Shown: positions 1 through 6,370 of the stretch, piece by piece
How positions within the stretch are numbered: position 1 is the first letter of the stretch
Layout: every line of letters begins with the position of its first letter
From: Chlamydiales bacterium
GTDB taxonomy: Bacteria > Chlamydiota > Chlamydiia > Chlamydiales > JBDQID01
Direction of reading: 5' to 3'
DNA length: 39,806 nt
Assembly (NCBI GenBank): GCA_047611865.1
Contig: JBLFWS010000007.1
Location: 1 to 39,806 of the forward strand
Translations under genes and position numbers: made by a program
The notes under the pieces: model-generated
Told to the model about the DNA's origin: nothing
What the model saw: the letters and a program-made list of their open reading frames with translations, nothing else
Database searches by the model: none

Positions 1-75
1 TTTCGCGAAATTAAGCGAACGCAAGTTTTGCGATCTTTTGTTCTATTCTGAATGTATCTTGAAAGTATTTATAAG

Positions 76-127
76 AAAAAGTAGCGGCAGTCGGATTTGA
101 ACCAACGACACCCGGATTATGATTCCG
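76..127 (-). repeat. Displaced 3' half of tRNA-Met; att-like direct repeat at the island end distal to the tRNA
   Basis: 52 bp identical to 6066-6117 (aaaaagtagcggcagtcggatttgaaccaacgacacccggattatgattccg). Identity stops inside the anticodon stem. Confidence 0.95.
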
Positions 128-242
128 AGGCATTCAGCTTGATTCATCACGATAGCACACATTCCAACACTTGCCTTAGAGAGGTTTAGGTCTTTTTCAT
201 ATCGACATCTGTCGATTCATAATCGTTGGTATTATAACGAAG

Positions 243-260
243 TGCACCAAAATTGCACCA
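243..260 (+). promoter_or_regulatory. TGCACCA-N4-TGCACCA tandem repeat, putative integrase arm-type binding site
   Basis: tgcaccaaaattgcacca, about 115 bp inside the left att. The same motif recurs at 2193-2210 and 5982-5999. Confidence 0.6.
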
Positions 261-377
261 AAAAAAATAAGCGAAAAGGTCAGGGAGTGTGTTACTTTTT
301 CAGAAGAGAGAGTTCTTTGCCAGTACATAGTTACTGGAAGACCTAACTGAAAAAAATCTGAAACTGGAGCTTGAAAA

Positions 378-545
378 ATGATGAATGGCGGAATCGAATT
401 GTGAAGTAAAAGTTCTATTGAAGCCTATATTTTTGCTTGTAAATGTAAGAAAGCTTTTTCTCACCCATTACCGATAGCATTTTTTAAAGACGGTGTTTTT
501 AAATGCCCATGTTGTGCGATAGACATCACATTTTTTATGAAGTAG
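378..545 (+). pseudogene. Possible small zinc-ribbon protein interrupted by an in-frame TGA
   Basis: My translation: MMNGGIEL*SKSSIEAYIFACKCKKAFSHPLPIAFFKDGVFKCPCCAIDITFFMK*. CxC...CPCC pattern; GGAG lies upstream. Confidence 0.3.
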
Positions 546-588
546 GGTTCCAAAAATGTGGCTCTAAGCATTTGAAGATCTTTCTGTT

Positions 589-1454
589 TTAGTTTAGGAA
601 TATTGTTTCTTTTAGAAACTCATTGATTACTTTGATAAGGTCTTCGATGTTAACAGGGAGACTTTTCTCATCAATTAGTGTGGGGTGAAGTTTTGAGAGA
701 AAGGGTTTCCAGTATTCTTGTAAGGTATTGGTTTCTTCCTCATTAAAATTGATAGGGAGTTCTAGCGGGATTTCTCGATGAGAAAAGACTGTTTCGATAA
801 CCTGTTTCGTTTTGTTAGCCTCTAATAGACCGGTTTCTTTTGTCATTAAAAACAGATCGAAAAAATCTTTCATTCGACTGTTGCTGCCTCCTCTTGACAC
901 TACCGTTTCAAGTTTTTCAGCAAATATGAATTCTGGAGGGTAGCAACTAAGTTCAATTTTGAGATCCGGAAAGACATCATTATTGAGATGAGTTAGTTCT
1001 ATTTCTCTTTCTATGGGATCTACAAGGTCTCCAAAGCCAAGGTCGATGGTAATTTTGAATCGAGTATTACCGAAATTTCCTTTTAAGCTGACTTGGGTTC
1101 CTGGGTAAAGCATGTGGAAATGGGTCAGAGGGTCTATTTCAACGTCAGAAAAGGAAAAGTGATCTTGAAGGTCAATTGTAGCAATTTCATTGAAAACTTT
1201 TTGAAGTGTTTCCGATTCATTTTTCAGTTTTCGAACTAAAAAGTCCAAGTCACGGGTTTCACGTCCAAGTTCCATATATGTGGTGAGAAGTATGCCGCTC
1301 TTTAGGATGAAATGTTAAGAATGGGGCGATAGAGAAATTCTAGCTAATATGCGTTCCAAGGCTATGAGCTGCCATAGTTCTGCGGTATTGATGCCTCTTT
1401 GTTTTGCTGCGTTACGTACTTTTGCTTTAAAGGATTTTCTAGTGATGTGGTCAT
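589..1454 (-). pseudogene. abiEii: AbiEii-family nucleotidyltransferase toxin (type IV TA), inactivated
   Basis: The 589-1275 ORF has R-x-T-x-D-x-D (RETRDLDF), AEKL and NSRMKDFFDL motifs. The natural start ATG at 1454 overlaps the abiEi stop. The N-terminus is broken by a frameshift (about 1435-1438) and a TAA (1315-1317). Confidence 0.9.
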
Positions 1455-2047
1455 GTGGTTATAGCTTCGATATAGGGTTTTAGGTCAACTCTGAGTATCT
1501 TGGCGTATTTAGAAAGTTTGGGTAAATTAGGTTTGTGGTTCTTACTTTTTTTTAGGTAATTTTGAAGAGCTTTTACGGCTGTTTCTTTATCTAAATATCG
1601 GAAACAGTCAATGACTGTTCGTTCCCTATCGAAAATTCTAACCTCGTACTCTCCAATGAGTAACTTAAGAGTCCCAAGGCTTGTATTACGCATGCGAATT
1701 ATTCTGGTATTTTCTCGTTTTGGAGCGCGGGCTCTGTGGGGGACTGCTATCCAATAATCGCGCATGAATTCGTCAGTAAGGTCGTAATAACATAATGCTG
1801 AGACAAGGCAGATTATGGCTTCTGGTATACTTGATGAGATTAAGGCTAAATCTTCCCACTGGGGATCAGCAACGGATTCAAATTCAGCTGAGCGGTATAC
1901 GCCTCGGCTAACACGTTTTAAGTAACCCTTTTCATAGAAGTAAATTAACATTCTAGGGGGAATTCCAGCCTTCTTCGCTTCCGAGCTTGTGAAAGAAGGT
2001 TTCTTGAAAAGGGGCTTGATGTATTGCCAATACTTTGATCTATCCAT
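1451..2047 (-). CDS. abiEi: AbiEi-family antitoxin / transcriptional regulator (type IV TA)
   Basis: N-terminal wHTH (LKRVSRGVY), ICLVSALCYYDLTD and FDRERTVIDCFRY motifs; translationally coupled to abiEii. Confidence 0.93.
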   Translation of the reverse strand: MDRSKYWQYIKPLFKKPSFTSSEAKKAGIPPRMLIYFYEKGYLKRVSRGVYRSAEFESVADPQWEDLALISSSIPEAIICLVSALCYYDLTDEFMRDYWIAVPHRARAPKRENTRIIRMRNTSLGTLKLLIGEYEVRIFDRERTVIDCFRYLDKETAVKALQNYLKKSKNHKPNLPKLSKYAKILRVDLKPYIEAITT

Positions 2048-2052
2048 GTAAT

Positions 2053-2103
2053 AAATGTAACAGACGCACCCAAAGTGGTCAATTGGGTGCGTCTGTTACA
2101 TTT
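2053..2103 (-). promoter_or_regulatory. abiE operator/promoter: perfect 21-bp inverted repeat overlapping a sigma70-type promoter
   Basis: aaatgtaacagacgcacccaa-N9-ttgggtgcgtctgttacattt. On the minus strand TTGACC-N17-TACATT ends 7 bp before the ATG. Confidence 0.88.
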
Positions 2104-2170
2104 TTATAGGCTGAAATCCCCATAATTTAGAGCATAGCTATAATAGGTATTAGTTAGAGATGGGGTGTTT

Positions 2171-2210
2171 GACTTGCTTATTTGAAAGCAACTGCACCAA
2201 ATTTGCACCA
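2171..2210 (+). repeat. 40-bp direct repeat, copy 1 (identical to 5960-5999)
   Basis: gacttgcttatttgaaagcaactgcaccaaatttgcacca; contains a TTGCTT-N6-AAGCAA palindrome plus TGCACCA twice. Confidence 0.95.
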
Positions 2211-2407
2211 AAAATTTTTAGAAGGTACGCGGATACATGTACACAGGTTTATTCGTACATTGCCCACTTTTTCCACCTAAAAATCTTTGAAAGAAAGAGG
2301 TGTAATATTATACGTATTGTCTCAGAAGGACTTGGAAGAGTCTTTTTCTGAATAACCTGAGGGGATGTATAACATGTACTGTAAAATATGGGGAGCATAG
2401 ATAGGGA

Positions 2408-2626
2408 ATGAGCTGGAATTTTGATGTAATCAGAGGACAACTCACCAATGGGATTGATGTATCCGTGGAAGGGTTTCGAGGGGGAAAAGTACCTGTTGAG
2501 GATCCCTCTGATGAAAATAGCAAAGAAGAGTTAATTATTGATCCTGAAGTTAACACGAACTTGCAAAGTATTTTTAGTATTAATGCGGAAATGGCAGCTA
2601 GCGTTCAGAAAAGGAGCCTGGTGTAG
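2408..2626 (+). CDS. Hypothetical acidic 72-aa ORF; probably the N-terminal fragment of a frameshifted larger gene
   Basis: AGGGA lies upstream. The frame of the next ORF is already open from 2602, overlapping its end. Confidence 0.5.
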   Translation: MSWNFDVIRGQLTNGIDVSVEGFRGGKVPVEDPSDENSKEELIIDPEVNTNLQSIFSINAEMAASVQKRSLV

Positions 2627-2670
2627 TTAAGGAAAAAACTTTAGGAGAGGCGATTGTTTCTAGAGTTTCA

Positions 2671-3591
2671 ATGCTGCAAATTAAGCTGCTTGAGTATTAT
2701 CAGGGACTGGGGGCGCAGTTTCGAGAGGCCGTTCAAGGTGGCCATTGTGATTTTCTTTTAGTTCTAGCAACTGTATTTAATTCAATTCAACGTAGAGATT
2801 TACCTTCCTTATTTCCGGGAATATTCAGTAATGAAGATTTATATGACAATTTGCTAGGTAGTTGGGAACGGTATGAAGTTAATGCAATGAATTATCTGGA
2901 GCTTGCAGAAAACTGTCTTCAGGCATCTAAAATATGTGAATCAGGTACTTATATTCATGATGATGACGTTTCCAGGCAAGAAAAGGAACTTTGTAAGAAT
3001 CATAATATTCAGAGTAATAAAAAATCAGATGCTCAAGTGGAAAGGAGGGAGGAAGCAGAAAGGGCTTTTTCAGAACTTCGTGAGTTAGAACGTAATATTA
3101 ATGCAAAAACTGGAGATACGCAAAAAGAAGAAAGTAAGCAGCTAGGTAGTTTTGTAGATGAGTGGATAGAGGTGGTTTGCAAACCTATAGATGAGTTAAC
3201 TGGGGAGCTTGAAGAGGACTTAAACAGTATTTCTTTGGTAGTAACGACCTTGGAAAAAGAGTATCAAGTGATAAAAGGTGAGTACAATGAAAAGATTGAC
3301 GATTTGCATTTGCAGCAAAGAGAAAAGAATGAGCGAATGCAGGAGGAATTGGCTGCTCTCCGAATAGCCTGGGAAGTAATAAGGGAGGGAGCTAAAAGAG
3401 AAAGAGATAGCATAAAAATGGGATATGAGGATGAGATAAATACTCTTACAAAAGAGCTGGACAATCTTCGTGAAGCTTATTGGGATCCCTCAGATGATGA
3501 GGAGTTGAAAGTTTTAAACCTTCAGAAAGCTGCTCTTTCATACAAGATTATGTATTTGACAATGAAGACGATGATGCATGGATTATGGTAA
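2671..3591 (+). CDS. Hypothetical E/K-rich coiled-coil protein; probably the middle fragment of a larger gene
   Basis: 306 aa with a heptad-rich C-terminal half. The last residues (MYLTMKTMMHGLW) look out of frame. Confidence 0.7.
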   Translation: MLQIKLLEYYQGLGAQFREAVQGGHCDFLLVLATVFNSIQRRDLPSLFPGIFSNEDLYDNLLGSWERYEVNAMNYLELAENCLQASKICESGTYIHDDDVSRQEKELCKNHNIQSNKKSDAQVERREEAERAFSELRELERNINAKTGDTQKEESKQLGSFVDEWIEVVCKPIDELTGELEEDLNSISLVVTTLEKEYQVIKGEYNEKIDDLHLQQREKNERMQEELAALRIAWEVIREGAKRERDSIKMGYEDEINTLTKELDNLREAYWDPSDDEELKVLNLQKAALSYKIMYLTMKTMMHGLW

Positions 3592-4823
3592 ATCAATATT
3601 TCATCAGTAATCCTAAAGCTAGTGTGGTGTTAACAAAGCTGGGGCAAGTTAGTTTATACTATGGGAAGCTGAATGAGGCATACAAATTGTTTTACGATGC
3701 GATTCACTGTGATGAGAATAGCGAACTCCCAAGAATCTTCCGGGCATCTGTGCTTAGAGAAAAGGGAAGGTTTAAAAGAGCTCTAAAAGAACTAAAAAAC
3801 ACTGTATGGGGGGATTATGATGAATCGAAAAATATTGGTTTGTATTTAGAACTTGCTTGTATTCATATTGAACTTAAGCAATTTGATAAAGCAATTAAGG
3901 AAATAAACAATGCTATTGAGAAGGATCCTAATAATATTTCTTTGTATTTAGATCGGGCTGCAATTTACGATTTTAACAATGAACCAGAGAAGGCGGCACA
4001 AGATATTGCGCAAGTAAGTAAAATGGAGAAAAAAGATTTCTTTAAACCCGATTATGCTACCTGCCTACTGAACAGGATAGGATCAAGGGTTGCTAGCTGC
4101 CCTCAAGATTTGTTAGCGAAAAAGATTTACGAACAAATTCAGGAAGAAAGAAAGAGGGATCCTTTTTATTCCGGAGAGTTCGAACAATTTTCTTTAGAGA
4201 AATCTGAACGCTTTGATTTGGAGATTATTGATATTTCAGGATTGGGAATAGGTTGGGTCAATGGGATTAAAAATTCGGAGAGCGGTTCGAAAGCAAATGC
4301 AAAAATGTTGTCCGAAATGGCTGGAGGTTTGAATATACACGGTGTCTACAATGCCAGCCATGGTTTTAGGTTAGATTTAATAGAGTGTTTATTAGGCTTG
4401 TCAAATGTTTCTACAGAACCAGTCAAAAATCTGCATGGCACTTGGAATGACTTTTTCAAAAATAATCCTGATGATGCTGTTTTTTTACAAGTTTGTCATA
4501 GTCAAGGAGCTATACATGTAAGGAATGCTTTGGAGAAATATCCAGAGGAGCTTCGCAAAAGAATACAGGTAGTTGCTGTTGCTCCTGCAGCTTATATTTC
4601 GGCAGATCTCTGTTTAAAGGTAGACCATTATACATCCTCGAGAGATTTCATTCCGTGGATTGATTATGAAGGTAGAGATGAGTGTCAAGAGACAATTCAT
4701 GTACTTTCTGGAAATGGATTTTGGGATCATAGTTTTGATAGTATTACCTATAGGGATGTTCTTGAGGGTCATATTCAGGATTATATCGAACAATACGGAA
4801 ATAAAATAAAAGGAGTCGCATAA
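3585..4823 (+). CDS. TPR protein with C-terminal alpha/beta-hydrolase domain (chlamydial DUF687-like, lipase-type)
   Basis: TPR helices in the first approx. 150 aa, then WVNGIKN, nucleophile elbow CHSQGA (HSQGA at 4497-4511), RDFIP and DHSF, a candidate Ser-Asp-His triad. Confidence 0.8.
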   Translation: MVNQYFISNPKASVVLTKLGQVSLYYGKLNEAYKLFYDAIHCDENSELPRIFRASVLREKGRFKRALKELKNTVWGDYDESKNIGLYLELACIHIELKQFDKAIKEINNAIEKDPNNISLYLDRAAIYDFNNEPEKAAQDIAQVSKMEKKDFFKPDYATCLLNRIGSRVASCPQDLLAKKIYEQIQEERKRDPFYSGEFEQFSLEKSERFDLEIIDISGLGIGWVNGIKNSESGSKANAKMLSEMAGGLNIHGVYNASHGFRLDLIECLLGLSNVSTEPVKNLHGTWNDFFKNNPDDAVFLQVCHSQGAIHVRNALEKYPEELRKRIQVVAVAPAAYISADLCLKVDHYTSSRDFIPWIDYEGRDECQETIHVLSGNGFWDHSFDSITYRDVLEGHIQDYIEQYGNKIKGVA

Positions 4824-5362
4824 TGCGAGCTATTCTTGGATTTATTTTCGCAGTGATCTTGGTTTTCATTATTCCTTCTTGTTCAGGAGATAGTCATCAA
4901 CTTTCCGAAAAAGAGAGCTTTGGCTACAAAATTATTGGTACTACCGCAAAGGTTCTGGAGAAAAGATACAAACTTCAGGTTATTGGATCGGGGGCAAGTA
5001 TGCCTGATATGGTCAGATCACTAAATATTCATTTTAGAATTGATCGGCCTATAGAGAAGTTGGAGGCCCGAAAGATTATCGTAGATTGTGCATCCGAATT
5101 GATAAAAAACATGAACAATTCGGAGGTTATTAGGCCATATTTGCAAAACTACCCAGTAACAAGTCAAAATATCGAAGTAACACTATTTAGTTATTATCCT
5201 GATGGAAGCAGGGTATACTTTCCCCTTGTACACTCGGTTGCTGTTAGGCGAGGGGGAATTGCCTTTTTTACAAAAGATCCAGAACATGAGTTTGGCTATA
5301 AAACAGAAGAGTATGAAACATTTGAAGAGGCTCTGGAAATCTTAAAACAGGACAAAAAATGA
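4823..5362 (+). CDS. Putative lipoprotein, candidate immunity protein
   Basis: Signal peptide with lipobox-like IIPSC (Cys20); TAATG stop/start overlap with the hydrolase gene. Confidence 0.75.
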   Translation: MRAILGFIFAVILVFIIPSCSGDSHQLSEKESFGYKIIGTTAKVLEKRYKLQVIGSGASMPDMVRSLNIHFRIDRPIEKLEARKIIVDCASELIKNMNNSEVIRPYLQNYPVTSQNIEVTLFSYYPDGSRVYFPLVHSVAVRRGGIAFFTKDPEHEFGYKTEEYETFEEALEILKQDKK

Positions 5363-5850
5363 GTCGCAGTCTCGATAGAGAAGAAGTTAGTGACTTTTGT
5401 GCAAAAAAAGATAAGGTTATAGGGCATCTTCAAATAGTGTTATGGGGCATCTTGTCAGTTCTAACATTGACGGTAGCCTTTTGCTTCCTTAATCTATTCT
5501 ATTTGAGTTATTCCAACGGACTTTCTATGAGCGTGATGGCGGATGGGATTGTCATTTTATGTTTATTTACCTGTATGAGGTTTATAAATCCTGGAGTGAT
5601 AAGGTTTTTTTGCGATCTTGTTTATAAGTATCCATCTTCCAAAAGAATGAGGTTGTTAAAAACTTTTTCAGTTCTGTTATTTTGTCCCTTGGTTTGGATT
5701 TTTCTTGTTTCATTATCCAGTATTTTTTGTGCTCTTTATGTTGAAGCTGTGGGGTTGAGTGTTTCTTCAGAGATGATGTACACGTTGTTATCTCCGATTT
5801 CGATGTTTTTCTTACTTTTCTTAAGAATAAGGCTTTGGTGGTTTTTTTGA
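5359..5850 (+). CDS. Hypothetical membrane protein (about 4 TM)
   Basis: Four hydrophobic segments; ATGA overlap with the upstream gene. Confidence 0.65.
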   Translation: MSRSLDREEVSDFCAKKDKVIGHLQIVLWGILSVLTLTVAFCFLNLFYLSYSNGLSMSVMADGIVILCLFTCMRFINPGVIRFFCDLVYKYPSSKRMRLLKTFSVLLFCPLVWIFLVSLSSIFCALYVEAVGLSVSSEMMYTLLSPISMFFLLFLRIRLWWFF

Positions 5851-5959
5851 AGTCAACGTTCGACAACGAAATGTTGTTCTATGACCATGAATTGTTGTCG
5901 AAAAGGGAGAGGCAAGTTTTGTTTTGGGGATGGGGTGGCTCTCAATCCACGGGCTTTTA

Positions 5960-5999
5960 GACTTGCTTATTTGAAAGCAACTGCACCAAATTTGCACCA
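5960..5999 (+). repeat. 40-bp direct repeat, copy 2; arm-like region next to the tRNA-proximal att
   Basis: Identical to 2171-2210; ends 66 bp before the att repeat. Confidence 0.95.
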
Positions 6000-6071
6000 T
6001 TTTACAAGTGGCTGTGGCTTGTTGACGCTGAATTGGAACTATAAGTTATTGGAGATAAGAAAGATAAAAAG

Positions 6072-6145
6072 TAGCGGCAGTCGGATTTGAACCAACGACA
6101 CCCGGATTATGATTCCGGTGCTCTAACCAACTGAGCTATGCCGCC
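6072..6145 (-). tRNA. tRNA-Met(CAT), elongator-type; island integration site
   Basis: GGCGGCATAGCTCAGTTGGTTAGAGCACCGGAATCATAATCCGGGTGTCGTTGGTTCAAATCCGACTGCCGCTA folds as a cloverleaf; CCA not encoded. Confidence 0.95.
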
Positions 6146-6154
6146 AAGAAAAAA

Positions 6155-6227
6155 TAGCGGGGAGAGGATTCGAACCTCCGACCTTTGGGTTATGAGCCCA
6201 ACGAGCTAACCCCTGCTCCACCCCGCG
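6155..6227 (-). tRNA. Initiator tRNA-fMet(CAT)
   Basis: CGCGGGG 5' end with C1:72 mismatch, three G-C pairs in the anticodon stem (TTGGG CTCATAA CCCAA), GGTTCGAATCC T-arm. Confidence 0.95.
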
Positions 6228-6287
6228 ATAAGGCTTTCTTCTATCGGGTTTCGTAAAGAAGAAGGTGTGAATATAGCAAGGGTGGGG

Positions 6288-6326
6288 ATTTTTTAACAAG
6301 ACAAAAAGATTTTTTTGTTAAAAAAT
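6288..6326. promoter_or_regulatory. 12-bp inverted repeat in the divergent tRNA/thrA promoter region
   Basis: attttttaacaa-N15-ttgttaaaaaat; each arm supplies a TTGTTA -35-like hexamer pointing outward. Confidence 0.35.
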
Positions 6327-6370
6327 ATGCTTTCTCGTGCTACTCTCCGAGGATTAGGAGGAAATACTAT

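Larger units (their letters stand above)
76..6117. mobile_element. About 6-kb genomic island integrated in tRNA-Met(CAT), no integrase in cis
   Basis: Bounded by the 52-bp tRNA-derived direct repeat, with TGCACCA tandem sites just inside both ends and TA/toxin-type cargo. Confidence 0.88.

Noticed and set aside
2160..2351. 63-aa ORF, and the 69-aa ORF at 5881-6090
   Set aside because: Both run through the 40-bp repeat or att/tRNA sequence, with no RBS or protein-like features; probably spurious.
243..5999. TGCACCA repeats as a CRISPR array
   Set aside because: Only three widely separated sites, no regular spacers and no cas genes.
6072..6145. tRNA-Ile2 (lysidine) identity for the CAT tRNA
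   Set aside because: The GGCGGCA acceptor stem and overall sequence fit elongator Met better, although this cannot be fully excluded without a covariance model.
6229..6370. thr attenuator or T-box leader
   Set aside because: No Thr/Ile-rich leader peptide, terminator/antiterminator pair or T-box motif in the short gap.
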